64,000 nucleotides of DNA from Lingula anatina (taxonomy: Eukaryota; Animalia; Brachiopoda), in assembly GCA_051362555.1 (NCBI GenBank), contig CM120640.1:70224788-70288787 (forward strand), read 5' to 3'. The notes under the pieces are model-generated. The model searched no databases, was not told where the DNA came from, and saw only the letters and a program-made list of their open reading frames with translations. Shown in pieces: positions 29,101 to 43,103 of this stretch (position 1 is the first letter of the stretch; each line of letters opens with the position of its first letter). Made by a program: the position numbers and the translations under genes.

Positions 29101-32100
29101 TAACATTCTACACATCAACACGTAATAGCTTCTCTACTTAAACTGTGAATCTGCCACTCAATTTGTAAGATTTCCTCAAATAAAAAAATAAATCAAATAA
29201 AACTTACGTCATTTTCCCCAGTTTTTCATATTCTTTCCTGATAACATTCTTTGCCGCATCTCCAGCATCACCGTACTCAGGTTTTCTACTGCATATACCA
29301 AACAGAGTCCTAGAGTGGAGGGGAAGAGAAAAATGGGTCAAATCTACTACAACATGATGTACAAAATGAATTAGCTGTCATTTTAACCTCATCAACTGTC
29401 ATTCTTCAAAACCATAATTTGCCAAAGGTGAAGCATTCCTGTAAACAGGTCATGCAGATCAGAGGTCTTTTTTTCTAGGTTAATATCCTGCAGCAGGACA
29501 GAAGGTCAGGCCATATCTATACTGTGTCAATGAGCAATAATGATGATACAGTGCCTTGATGTATACACGTTTCACTCAAAATTATAATTTACTATACTAA
29601 TCTGCAAACCATTACTTTTGAAAGTGTTGAAAAACCATGCAATACACATATCATATCAAAATAATGAAAGCAACATTAATTGAATAATGCTATAATAGGA
29701 CACAAATATAACTTAAACATATCTTGTTCAAAATACATGTAATTCATAAATAAATAAATGAAGAAAGAAAGATAAATAGTCAGGGTTTTTATTTTATTTT
29801 TAAAATTTTTCTTCATTATCTAGTTAAGTTGAGACATGGTAATACACATTAGTTAAGATGGCTGAAGTTCAAATCATTACCTGGAGATCATATAATACAT
29901 GAAGTTAAAACTGTCAATTAAAAGAAAATTAGCAGCACAACTCCCCAATGACTTAGAAACCAAACTAGTTGTGCACATCACAAGATATATATCTCAGTAC
30001 CTCCATCCTAAAAATAACAGCTGTAACCAGACCCAGGCGGCCAGCAGTGTGATGAGCATCAGGGGGAAAGCAAACACAAACCAGGAGCTGAAGTTGATAC
30101 CAGCACCTGCACCAAAACGACTGGAATAACAGATAAGGATCAGGATAATATGAATTTTCAGTATCCAGGAATATAGCAGAGGATCCCTGAAATATGAACA
30201 GCTGAAAGTGTGTGTAGATGAATGATGAAATCTTTCTTGGAGTAAATATCAAATATACATACACTGACCAAAGAAAAAATGTCAGTATTTTATGCCAGTT
30301 GTTAAATTTAATTGAATTAAGAATTTGATTTTATCTTTTTCCCTAATTTTCAGTTGCTTTTCTTGATGAACCGTTCTCCAGGGCCACACCCACCTGTCGA
30401 CATTGCCTTTGAACACCAAGTTGGGTCCTGTCCCAGTGAGCGTGGCTATACCGCCAATGTTGGCAGCATATGCTATACACAGGCTCAGGCCTTTACACAT
30501 ACTCTTGAACTGTGGATCCCTAGACTGGCTGACAGTGGAAACCTGGGTCATCATCAGACGTCTGAGGGAAATAAAACATTAGATTTTTTATCTTTTCAAT
30601 GTGCTGGGCACTACACATGCAATATCGTGTTTATTGTTTTAACATTTGCACAAAAAATAAATAAATAGATAAATAAATAATAAGTGAGGGAAAAAAAGAA
30701 TAAAGATAATAATAATAAAGAAATAAGATAAAGAGAATAAAGAGAATAAAAAGAATAAAAACACAAGTGTCTACAGAAAAAACCTGTATGAAAATGGCAC
30801 ACTGGTTGTCTTTCATATTAAGCTGTATTCATCTTGTTAGCAAATAAACAATAAATACAACATAATGTGCTTGAAAATGCAGGAGCACTTCACCTACACT
30901 GGCTGTCTTTCATTCTAAGTTGTATGGATTGTGCTAAACATTTACCTCCTAGAAGACACAGCCTGTGCTGAACTGTCATTCTCCAGCTCCAGTGCGTTAG
31001 ATCCATTTTCAACTGGAAAAGGCTCTGAAAATATGAAGAAAAAAATCAACATTATAACCAAAAAGTTTTCGGATGAATTATATGTTAGACATTGTCAAGT
31101 GGAATTTTCATTTTTAGAGACACCAGGACGAGGTCAACAGTGCATTTGATGGTACAATGCAATTAGGGTCTAGTATTATCAACATGAACAGGAATTGTAC
31201 TAGAAGCTTACAACCATTGATTAAAATGCTCAGAGTATTCCAAGAAAAAATTATCATCTTTTATTATGTGCACTTAATATAATACAGTGCTCCAGATATT
31301 TAAATATAACTCCACATTCAATCAATACTATGTAATTCTAAATTGCCCCCCTTGAAACCATTCTCAAACACTGTTACATAATATCCATTAATCCTGCTTA
31401 TTGATCACTGTCTACTCATCCATATTGACTAAAATTAAGCATTATCAATTAATAAGAGTGGACAGGCATCCACACATACCCAGCTCCTCTTCCTCAACCC
31501 CCACTTCTTGATTGAACTTTTGTGCAGCGTAGGCATATTTTATCTCGGAAAGAACGGCCTGAACTATGGGTATCATCATGGCAGTGGTGGCTGTATTACT
31601 GATCCACATGGACAGGAAGGCTGTTACAATCATAAATCCAAACATCAACCTGAAAGTTGTGAACAATGGAAAGGATAATTTTTTTAGTTCTTTTTAAAAT
31701 ATGTAAAGGTATTTTCTATTTCACTAAAGTAGTTAAAATTCTCTGTCAACTAAGTGACCAAAAAAAAAAAAAAAAAGGTTTTCCTTACGCAGGCCATCAA
31801 TCAATAGTCATCCTTCAGTTGAGAGCTAAATATACAAAATCAGTTCATTCTGATATAGAATGCTTGCTAAAAAGCCTTCCGACAAAAATCAAATTTCAGA
31901 ATATAGTTAATCTACTATATTGTAGTTAATTTCATATGATAACTATGCTATTTATTTCACAAATATATCAATGAATAAAAAAATAATATAACAAAGCAAC
32001 ATTTAAGCTTTGTATAACAATTACTCTAATTCTGTTTTGATGTTTGAAAGTCACCTGGTAAGCCTATGTTATCATGCCTACACCAAATCTACTTAAACTA

Positions 32101-35100
32101 TTCTATAAATCTTATATACTGAGAAACATTTCAATTGTTAAAGGTGGCATTTCATCATATGTACACATACCATTTAGGTTTGGATCCTACTAGCAACAGC
32201 ACTCTCAGAGCAATTCTCTTATGAAGGTTCCAGTGTTCTACTGCCACAGCCACCATCAGCCCTCCTACAAACAGCATGTTGGTATCCTGGAACAACACAC
32301 TTAGAATTTCAACATTTCAACTTTATTTGTCTCACTTTATATTTTCTGCAGAAACAGTAGAGCAGAGAGACTTTAGGAAACTTGGTTACTGTCCTCATTG
32401 TAATGGTTTTTCAGTCAAAATAGCTACAATAATGTCCTTTTTTTTCAATTTACAGGAAGACAAAAAAAAAAAAAAAAAATGGTACCATACAGTTGCTGCT
32501 GGGAGAATTCAGTAGATTTATACATACAGTAAAGACTTGAAAATTCAGTCGGTCTTGAAAATGTTGTTGGAAGACAATTTTTTGCTGACATAATTTTTTT
32601 TCGCTCTCAAAATTTGTCAAATTTGTAAATAGGCTACTTGATAATTTTGAAAAGTTTGTCACCTAATATTGCCTTGTTGGATACATATGAAATTTTCAGG
32701 TTTTTACCATATAAAGGGTACAAAAAGAAAAAGCAATATTTCTCAATTTTAAACATAAGTTTTAAATTGATATTGTTATTTTAGCAGGGGTTCTATAAAC
32801 TTTGTTCAGACTTATCCAAAATGCTTTCAGCAATGTTTTCAGCTAAAAAATTTATTGAATATTAAGATCTGAAATGTTGAAAACTAAACATATCTGAACA
32901 AATTGAATATGTTTAATTCTCTTCTCTGCATTCAGCATTCAATGCAATTTGACTGATTATAAGGATTATCCTTCAAATAACTCATTATAATTGATGATTA
33001 TTGGTAAAATGTTGTCCATTTTCTTCTTTGTTAAATACTGCCTACATTCCTCAGTGACAAAGACAAGTATTGTACTAAAAGTAATGAAAAGATGACCTTG
33101 TTTTGTGTAGGAAAAAATGCATCAAACTTGAAGCTTTGATGTCTAAAACAAAGAATTACTATAAATCAACAAGCTGATTCTTCTTTTTTTATTTGTAAGT
33201 TTATTTCAGAAAAATGTCACGGAATTATAGTAGACAGTTTTTTTCATTTAAAAATCTTTAAGAACTGTGAGTCTTATCCTTTTTTAAGTATAATTTACCT
33301 ACATAATAATTGCAAAGAGGTCAATAAATTTCAAACATATACAAATACCAATATTGTATCTATAGTGTATTATACATAAAAATCTGATTTAATAATGTTT
33401 ATTTTAATCATTTAAGTAGTATGGTTTAAACTATTCATTATTGAAGCAAACATTTTATCCTAATTTTTTAATTTTTTTTTCTAATTTTTTTCTGAAACCA
33501 AACAAAGAAGGCAAAAAAGAAAAGAAAGAAAGAAAATATGACCACCTATAAGAGGCCAGGTTTACGCTGCAGTAGTTAAACCTGTTTTTAGTTAGTGACA
33601 CACACTGAAGCAGAACAATAACTTACAAGATCAGGTTAAACCAGTCTAAAACTGCACGCAAAATTAGACAAGATTTTTTATAATTGTACGCAATTACACA
33701 ATATAAGACTTGAATTTTTTCTCAGTTTTAAATGATATATTTTCATGTGATACTTAAATAATAATTTTAATGGTTTTAAAAAATGATCCCACATCCTTTC
33801 CATTGCACTGACAGAATAAAAATTCATACACATGCTAAAAGTGAAAAGGAGAGGCGTTTTTTACCTTGAGATAATTTTTGCACAGATCTTTAGAGCCCAG
33901 CACTCCCAGTATTGGGAAGAGGACAACAGGCATCAAAGCTGTGGCAGCAAGGGGCAGCACCTCTGTCATCCAGTACACCGCCATAACCAAAACACCAAAG
34001 GCACATCTCCCAGCCTGAAGAAAGAGAATAAGTTTTGATAATATAATATTTATACATACACAAACTCTCTCAGTACGTATTCTGCAAAACAATTACTACT
34101 CTGACTGTGGAATCATTATGAATGGTTATGTTGTATATATCTATGCATATATTGATAAAAAATAAACTCCTACAATTAATCCACTGTTATGCCTGCATCA
34201 AGCTCTTACGACCCGTTTGAGTCCAAATTTTGCGGAGAATCTCATGTGCCATGCAAGTCCTTTATGCGAAATTTCGAGTTCCCACGTATGTAAGCACGTA
34301 CGGAGGATGTTGAACATTTCCAATAGATTCTACAAATAATCTTCGAACAGCGAGGCGGCAAGCGTAACTTGCTTCCTTCGCAAGGAGTTTGCAAGTGAGA
34401 CTTGCGTGGTCTAATATGCACGCCGCAAGCAATGAAGGAGAAAGTGCCCTTTGCATGTTGAATATGGCGCATGCCCTCACATCTATAACGAAGTAAGTCG
34501 AAAACATGGCGGGACTGTGAGTATAAACGGCGTGCTCACGATGCATGCTCGTGTCTCTACAATTTCGTTGTGTAACAATTTTCAAAAATTTTGAATTTTG
34601 CTCAATTCAGATTCTAATATGCATCCAAGAGAGAAGGGAAAGAAGCTTAAAATGCAGAAAAGAAGGTTGAAGGAAGAAGACAGAAAACGAAGCTCTTTAG
34701 CACTGCTTTTTTATTACTTCATAATTTAACAAATTCATCGTTGCCTGAAGAAAAAACATAGCTGCATTATCTTAGATTAAAACTAACTTTGCCTTAAGTA
34801 AATAAATAGATAAATAAATAAAAGGGCGCATAATATATATACGGTAACTACAGTAAAACGATATTAATTTTGCAAAAACATTTCTCAAAAATCACAAGGA
34901 AGAGCTATATATATGCCTACGTACTGTCAAGCTGCACACAAAGTCTGAGATCGACTTCGTGAAATGTTCTTTATTTTCCTCAATATATTTCGAATAAAAT
35001 GTGTCAATTTTGGGTCCCAAGAGGGTGGTGCATCTTGAAAAAAAAAAGGCATTATAGAAAGGGTTTTGAATCCCGAATTATGTTTACAAAGCCAAGGGAA

Positions 35101-36071
35101 TCTATGCCTTGGGGGAGTAGTGTTTTTGCGGAGTATCGGTACGTGGGAGTATGAGTGCGGGGGAGTATGGATGCGGGGATGTAAAGAAGCGGGGGAGTAT
35201 TGGTGCGAGGGAGTATCGGTGCGGGGGTGTAAAGAAGCGGGTGAGTAGCGGTGCGGGGATGTAAAGAAGCGGTGGAGTATCGGTGCGGGGGAGTATCGGT
35301 GCGGGGACGCATAGGCATGTAACCAGGGAATCAGACTGTGACCTTCAGTGCTCTAGTACATGTAACTAAGGGCAATCATGTCTAGACGTAACCAAAATTG
35401 AGCAACTCACATACCAAGCAGGGCACAGTTTCAAAAAGAAGCATACATCGTACAAATCATTGCAGGGAATCTGTGTGGGAGGACCTCCTTTCCACTACTA
35501 TTAAGGCAATCAAAGGCAATCAGGTCTGAAACCAACCAACATTAATTGAGCATTATACAAATACCAAATAGGGCACAGTTTCAACAAACCTAAATTTATT
35601 TGTTATTTAACACAATAAATAATAATCTTTTTCTGTTTCCATGCACTTATAACTCCTTCAAATTTTAATTTGGTTATATAGCTGTATATGCCTTTTTAAA
35701 CAAATATTATAAAATTATGATTTGTTATGAATATTCTGACTAGACAAAAATGCTGGTATGTGCAAGCAATAAATCAAAACATCTCCATACTCAAGTCTCT
35801 ATATGATCGAATAATAGTGGAAATTGAAAAGACAAACTTGTCATCTGGCATATTGAAATATTGTACACCTTTTCACCTGTGAAGATGATTTTCAGTGCAC
35901 TGGGGCAGAACAAGAGTAAATTTACTTCACAGCTGTGACAGTGAAAAACATATTTAAGGGAGAATTATTCATTCATGTCATGCTTTTATAATATGCACCT
36001 ATAATCACCACCCAGGACAGGCATTAAATATACCACATTTTATATGATTATAGGGAGGTCCTAGATCAAGT

Positions 36072-36140
<69 letters not shown>

Positions 36141-37032
36141 CTCGTAGAAATAATAACAGAATTATTAAACATAATAGTTTTCTACATGTGCTGTAGCAAA
36201 AAGACAAAATTACTCATGAGACATTCCCATCATCATCATAGTTGATGCATGACGGGCCGAAAATGTAGGTGAAAACATTTGTAAATTAGAGTACTGTCCT
36301 GTTCACCTGTTACTGGCCCATCAACAAACACCTCTATGTAACTGCACTGTACACATATATTACTAGTGGAATGTCAGCCCAACACTCCTAAACTAACAGT
36401 TGATATATATTGTTCATGAAGATATACATCATATAGAAAAAGAAAAGATTTCTTCTACAATTTCTTTAACACGTATACACCAACTTAGTTCAACACCTGT
36501 GTTCTATATAAATAGTGTAACTGTCCCTGGCTAAACACATCATATATATTAATAGAGTTTATATTGAATGAAAGGCCTAAAATTTAGTGTACTGAATTGA
36601 TTTTATTCTTACATTTACATATCAGCAATACATTTTTCATTTCATATGTTATAACAGTGACTTCTGTGATTAATGAAGCCAAATTAATTATCCCAATACA
36701 TAAAGAGTAAATCCATTAAGAAGGCCACATGGATCATATTTAATTCATTGGTGTCAATATTTCTATTTCATACACGTAAGATATCTCTCACACTGAACCA
36801 CTATTCAGATTAAAACAGCCACAAATTGTAGCATACTGTAAACCGAACTCACCCTCTGAGGTAGACATGACTGCTGTGTGCTATTAGTAACTGCAGTATT
36901 CCCCGGCCCAGCACATGTGAAGGGGAAGATCAATACAGCCACCAATGGAGGAGTGAAAACAAGAATGAAAGTATTCTTAAACTTCAGCACTGATCTGGCA
37001 CAGCTTCTTCTTGATATCTCACTAGTCTCCAT
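26168..37032 (-). CDS. SLC13: SLC13-family dicarboxylate/citrate transporter, paralogue B, ~635 aa, 14 coding exons
   Basis: Exons (minus): 37032-36853, 34014-33865, 32286-32171, 31649-31480, 31024-30946, 30561-30394, 30120-30001, 29309-29208, 28328-28224, 27949-27852, 27572-27466, 27238-27077, 26717-26580, 26380-26168. Sum 1908 nt, with the same intron phases as paralogue A. Motifs [70 protein letters not shown]. Confidence 0.94.
35111..35307 (+). repeat. G-rich minisatellite, ~15-17-bp units
   Basis: Interleaved GAGTATCGGTGCGGGG and TGTAAAGAAGCGGGG units. Confidence 0.85.
36077..36138. repeat. (TA)n microsatellite
   Basis: About 30 TA units. Confidence 0.95.
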
Positions 37033-38473
37033 CTTAAACCATTAAAGTTTTCTGTTATGATTTTCAGCCCAAAGCACACCTTAGTTCTTAGATCCTGCTG
37101 CACTCGGCTCCACTTCAACACCTACCTATATGGCCTCAACTAACACACCGTGTGCCGAAACACAATGCAAACAGTTTCAAAACACAAAAGACATTTTTTT
37201 TTCAGAAATATACATAAATATATGGCCTGGTAGTATATAATAAAAGGCTTGTTTTATTTTGTGTGTTAGTTTCTTTGTGTTGATCAAAGAAAATTTTAAA
37301 GAGTATGTACTTGTCACAGCCAGTGCAGTGCAAACCATCAAATGTGCTCTGTGTTCATTGTTGTGGTTCTGACCAAAGTAGCGTATAAAGAAAACTCTTA
37401 TTACCTCACGTTTAACAGAATGCATAGGGAATACAGTGACAAAGAAATGGCTCGTCTTGATAAAGAGTGTAAAAATATTAGACATTCACGCTGAATGAAA
37501 GTGCTTCAGTTCTGTTTACTTTAGTGTGAACAATGTAAGTATAAATAGGGATATTTGTACGGAAATTTAATACAGAACTCCACTTGGGCAGCAGCACCTC
37601 ATTTAATATTTAGAAAAGAAAAATGGCAATGCATTACATAATTTAACAAGTTTACTATTAATGGCAAAGTCACAGTATAAGAGCAGAGTCCTAAGAGCAC
37701 CTATGAATAAGCCAAAGCACGAAGGAGTTTTAACTTAGTTTCCCGTCACTGTGCTTAACAGGTTCCCCTCTTTAATGGAGACATTTTACTTACAGCTTGT
37801 TCAATAATTTTATGGAAATATTTTAAAACATTTTTTTCTTTCACTTTCAAAATGAGAGTATTGTGCCGTGGTCTGAAGTTTAAGCTTTTCATTCTAGTTA
37901 TTTACCAATTACCAAATGAACTTCAAATAGTTGTTTTTAAAGACTGCAACATTTTCTGTCTCCAACTCCACATCCTCCTGGCACAAGGTGGTATTATTTA
38001 ATTTACCAAACACACAATGACAAGGCATTTGTACCATAACAAAGCTTTAAATATTAAACCTTGCTTAAGGAGACATCTGACCTGTTTCACATCCAGCAGT
38101 ATATATTTTAGAGAATGAGTCTGTAATAGTACACTTTGAGAGAAGGACAGCTTTATAGTCTGGCTATTACATAAGAGTCACCTGAACCAAGAAGTTCTCT
38201 TTACAACTTCCTGTCTCACTAGAGCTTTCAGGCTTGACATGGCGGAATAACAAACACAACAGCAGGTCGCATCAGTGCATAATTATAAATCACATGTAAC
38301 CCCCCCCCCAACTTATATGCTTCTCAAGTTGCATAAAAAATAAACATAAAAATCAAAGAAAAATTTAGAAAAAATTATCAAATTAAGGTTTTCACTTACA
38401 CCTGCATTTTAACCCTTAGGGAGACAAGGGCGTCATTTACAGCCAGGCAGTAACTTGAGGGGAGGGGGGTTAA

Positions 38474-38810
38474 AGGGATAATAACTCTTCGTATGACATC
38501 TATATTTCACAATAAAAACATTGTGAATAACTCATAGAAATATAATATATTCTGTTTTACCACAAAAACGGCAGTCATTGCTTTTATTCTGATATCTGAG
38601 CTCGTCTTTAGACCATGTGACCTCCATTGATGGCTATACTCTGCTAAAATCTCTTAAGAGATTTTAACAAAAAACCAAACTTTTTAGAAAAAAACCAGGG
38701 ACTTACTTTGAAAGTAAAAATGGATTCATTAACCATTGGCAAGTATGGGAAAATTGTTGTTTACTCCAGGAAAATTCACTTTTTGGCTGAAACGAAGAGT
38801 TATTATCCCT
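38474..38810 (+). mobile_element. ~337-bp MITE with AGGG termini at a TTAA site (Kolobok/T2-like), copy 1
   Basis: Perfect TIR AGGGATAATAACTCTTCG...CGAAGAGTTATTATCCCT. TTAA on the left, ATAA on the right. Reverse complement of 59947-60284. Confidence 0.85.
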
Positions 38811-39528
38811 ATAACTTATTTGGCACATATTAGTGCACTGCCCCATTGCCGACACCAATAGAGGTCACTAGCGTCTGTGACATAATGGATCCTTTGCTCT
38901 CTTTTGACAGCATCCCAAGAAAGGTTATGTTTGTGAGCACATGGACCAGTGTCACCAGTGCTACAGCCCCATAATTTGAGAAAACTTTTAGACAAAGATT
39001 TGATCCACTTCAGTGGAGATGAAGACTAACAAGTCTACTTAAATTTATCAAATAAGTCTGAAACCTCAGCCACATCTTCAGTGTTATAAACCAAAGCCAA
39101 TATTTCATTCAATTGAACAATTTGACTGGGCATAAGTACACCAAAGTTGTTCAAGTTAAAACAGGCAAGAGCTCTGTTGTGAAGCCGGGCCATTGGTCTT
39201 TGTGGAGAGTCAAGAAGATTCAGACGGCATAATTAAAACATCTCCTTAACACTGGGGTTTGAAAATGAACATGGGGGGAAATGTGAAATACTAAATCAAA
39301 AAGTAACTGTATCAATTACCAACTTGAAGGCCGATGCTTCTTGACCTTTCACTGATGTGAACCATGGATGTGTTCCTTTTTTTTTTTTTGGTTAAATATT
39401 AAAAGATTTCCAATACATGCTACTTGGTACTAAAGAAACCAAGAAAAAGACTGCAAAATATCATTATTTACACATTTATTTTCTTTTTTCATGATTTTTC
39501 AAAGAGTTCAAAAGTTATGACCAATATT

Positions 39529-42500
39529 TTAAGAAGTCTCAGCAATGGATTCCTCTGTGTGCTTGCCCTTGTCAGCCACCTGCCTGGACCTGGCCTTGCG
39601 CTCCAGAATTCTCTTCCTGTCCTTGTCCAGCTTCAGTTTCACAATCACCACCTGTAACCAAAGATGGTCCCAGCCATTAGAAATGCGAATAGAAATATGA
39701 ATAGTGTTTTAATAAGTTCACTATACACAGCCTTATATTACAACTGTCCAATAAAATTTACTTCAATTTTAGCCAGAATAGTAAAACAGTTTGTGCCTAG
39801 CAAATATTTGGCAAAGTAAAAATGTTTTACAGTCCATTTCACTGGGTGGCAAATAAACAAACCGGGTAGATAAAATGTCCTGAATTCTAAACACATTTAT
39901 TATTCATGAAAATTTAATTAAACCGTATAATCAAACCGTATATCCAAATTCCACCTCTGATATTTATTTCGGTCCTCTCTAACCTCCAATTCAGGAAATG
40001 ACGTAACCGCAGAGGTCGTATTGTCCAATGGCATGGCTTCTTTTTCGTAATTGGAGGTTAGAGAGGACCGAAATAAACATCAGAGGTGGAATTTGGATAT
40101 ACAGTTTGATTGTGCGTATGCCATGCACGGAATTTACAAACGAGCGACGGGATGATGCAGCCTGCAGTATTTGCGGTAAGCGTGCCAAGTTTTAGGCCGC
40201 TCCGATGCCCGGCAGTATTTTATTTCGATTATTATGTTGAAAATGGTTGAGTTTTGTTTCACAAGCTCACTCTATTTTATTGTCTCTATGGAGGTATATG
40301 GGGACTTTACGACATTCGGTTTGAAGGCTTTAACCACTTGTTATAGTTTATTTTTGCATTGTGTTGGATTAATGTGGCAGTCTAAGGTTGTCCTAGGTAG
40401 TTTTCAAGTTTATGAACCCGGTTTTAATATCATTTAGCAATTTACGACAATCGTTTACTATCCAATCAAGGTGACAGCCGAGCGTGCACCTGACATCTTC
40501 ATAATTGTCAAACTATGTTTATAAACTTAAAAATCTGTTTTTTTGGACAGCAACAAACCTTAGATGGGTGAATGCCGACGTGAACAGTTGCACCATTGGC
40601 CTTCTCTCTCTGAATCCTCTCAATGTAGATGACAAATTTCTTACGGTAACACTGGACAACTTTGCCCACTTGCTGCCCCTTGTAATGTCCCCTTACAACC
40701 TGGAAAAAATAATGAGAAAATCAATAAACAATTAGTGGGTGCCTGTATACCAAGATGTAATAATTGTAGTCTTGACATATGTATATATCAGCAGCTTGAA
40801 AAACTTAAGCATGTTGTGACTTTCTGACTATTATATGACCTGCCAAAATTTTGAATCAAACAGCTGAGCAGTTATCAGTAATTTTTGAGGTGTCCAAATA
40901 AGAATACACGAAAGGATTTTTTTAATTCAGAAAAGGATTGGTTTGTTTATATGCATAAATTTTGCATGTGTATTACAGTCTGTGTTGCTTCTGTGTTGTG
41001 TTTTCTTGAATGAATTATGCCAAATAACAGGTTGGTCCCTATGCAAGAATCCTTCCCCTATTGCTCTAGTCTGATAGTCCACGCAATAAATAATAAGTGG
41101 AATGATAAGACATGAAGCAAGTTACCCTGCTGTCTTCATTGGGAGTTATATAACTAGACAGCTATTCTGATGTATGATGACACAAGGAATGGAAATGCAA
41201 GGTTCACTGCCTTTTATCGTGTTGTGACAGATTGCGCAGGGTAAGGAAATAACCAGACATGCTGAAAACTTTTCAGAAGGGCTGGACATTTAGACCGGCA
41301 GTAGTAAAAAAATTTGCCAGATTGTATGGATTTTTGCCGGACCAAAAATCACCCTTTTTGTTTGAGACGGATACTACGATTAGGTAGCTTACTTTGTTTG
41401 TCAATGTGATCAGTTAGAAATGGAAGGGGAAAACGATTTGGGTTTTATATTAGTGAAGTATGTCTAATGATGACTGTAAATTCAAAATGTCAGCTCTTAA
41501 AACTCTTCTCGGTCCTTTTGACTGACCACCTCCAATTTTTTACCTGTCCAGACAAATTTTGTCGGTCATGACCGATCGGACAGACAGTTTCAGCATGTCT
41601 GCTAAATTGTCTGCAGACAGCAAATACAAAGAGCTAGTGTTCAGTTTTTAACACTTGATGTGACGTGATATCAACATCCACAAATAGAATTGCAAAGTAA
41701 TCTTAACTAACACACTACTTCCAAGTTTTAAACTCATCACATTCTATCCCTTTTAACAAAGAAAAAATGGTACATAGCAGTTTCACATCATAAAAATATA
41801 TGGCATTATTTAACATTTCTGGTTTTTGCCTTTCTTTGAAATATCCGATAATGATTAAAGTACAGACATTAGCATTTTCCTTTAAGGTTAGGTATACTAC
41901 CTGCATTTGAAAATGTCCTAAAGTCATATGTTCTATGTTGACATATCTTGCACACCTTCTTATCTTTCACAAGATAAAAACCAAGGTAAAAACCATTAAA
42001 CCCCTCAAATAAAAAGTACCTGATGTAAATATTTTCTTCTAACATGTTCAGGAAGTCAAATCATTTAATTAGAAATTAATATAAAATATCAAATCCCAGT
42101 GAATTCATAGGTTGAGCAAAATTTGAGAGTTGGGTGAAAATTGCTCTTTTTTTCAAGGATAATTTTGATTTGGCAGAGCTTCTTTTAACCTAATGAATTA
42201 TTTTAAAATTGGTAATTTTTCAAAACTTTTGTGACTGGGCAATTTTTACTGTGAACTGGCCATTTGTTGCAGAAACACAGCTCATCACTCAGATGGTGAT
42301 GACAAAAGCAGACAATACACAAGGCAATCCATACAATATACTTCAATACAGACAGAATGCAATGGTCCTCAACCTTTCCAAATAAAATCACAGGGAGTGA
42401 CACATAAGTTTAATTCAACGCATGATATTTATTTATTGGGTATTTTAATATATTCAGTCTATTTTACTTAAGGCAAAATAACTTCACTAGAAACAAGCAA

Positions 42501-42732
42501 CTGACTCCATCTTGCACTTCGTTCTCAGACAGAGATATGTCATCAATGAAGTTATATTTCTTACCGTAACTTCGTCGTCTTTTCTGATGGGGATGCTTCT
42601 CACGTTGTACTTCTGCCTCAATTCTTTAGACAAGGGGGCACTCATGATCTTCCTACGGATATGAGACGGTGCATTGAAGTGCCTCTTGCGGTTCTTCCTC
42701 CGCGAGGAGGTGACCATCTTATTGAACTTCAT
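39529..42732 (-). CDS. RPL26: 60S ribosomal protein L26 (uL24), 143 aa
   Basis: Exons 42732-42565 ([56 protein letters not shown]), 40699-40559 ([47 protein letters not shown]) and 39651-39529 ([23 protein letters not shown]...ETS*). Sum 432 nt, canonical GT-AG. Confidence 0.97.
41254..41601. mobile_element. MITE-like element with 14-bp TIR in an RPL26 intron
   Basis: CAGACATGCTGAAA...TTTCAGCATGTCTG. No TSD found. Confidence 0.55.
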
Positions 42733-42993
42733 TTTGTGAGCTGAAATATTATGATAAGGAATCAAGGATATTTAAGAACCATCTACAATATAAGGTTTGC
42801 GTGAGAGGCAATGTAAAGAAGCCGGGGACTAAGGCAACATATCTCTGTAACAGGAGTTAGGTCTGCAGTGAAATTTCATCAGATATATAGCTTTATTAAT
42901 TCTGATTAAAATAAGTTCTGAAAATGTGGCAGATGTCTTTCCATTCGGCAAGATTTCAATCGATGTATGTCCTATACATATGAATTTGCCTAC

Positions 42994-43019
42994 CTCCAAG
43001 ATAGCTACACAGGAAAAGG
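42994..43019 (-). promoter_or_regulatory. RPL26: Non-coding first exon of RPL26 starting with a 5'-TOP/TCT motif
   Basis: Minus strand reads CCTTTTCCTGTGTAGCTATCTTGGAG|GTAGG. The matching acceptor TTTCAG at 42741-42746 lies 8 nt upstream of the ATG. A pyrimidine-tract start plus a tiny UTR exon is typical of ribosomal protein genes. Confidence 0.7.
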
Positions 43020-43030
43020 CAGACCACAGG

Positions 43031-43041
43031 GCATTGTGGGA
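43031..43041 (-). promoter_or_regulatory. ZNF143/Staf-type SBS motif in the RPL26-ACADSB bidirectional promoter
   Basis: GCATTGTGGGA (reverse complement TCCCACAATGC) matches the TCCCAnAATGC core and sits between the two divergent gene starts. Confidence 0.5.
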
Positions 43042-43103
43042 CTTTTTCATCTAAACGACCTTGACAGAAACATCAACAAGGTTACGGTACTACACATGGC
43101 AGA

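Noticed and set aside
34242-35318. Short ORFs in the CpG-rich block of SLC13 paralogue B intron 1
   Set aside because: They derive from TE-like and minisatellite sequence and show no transposase or other motif.
42285-42400. Box C/D snoRNA (minus-strand GTGATTT...CTGA with a TCAC/GTGA stem)
   Set aside because: The C box is degenerate and badly spaced from the stem, and I recognise no rRNA or snRNA guide complementarity.
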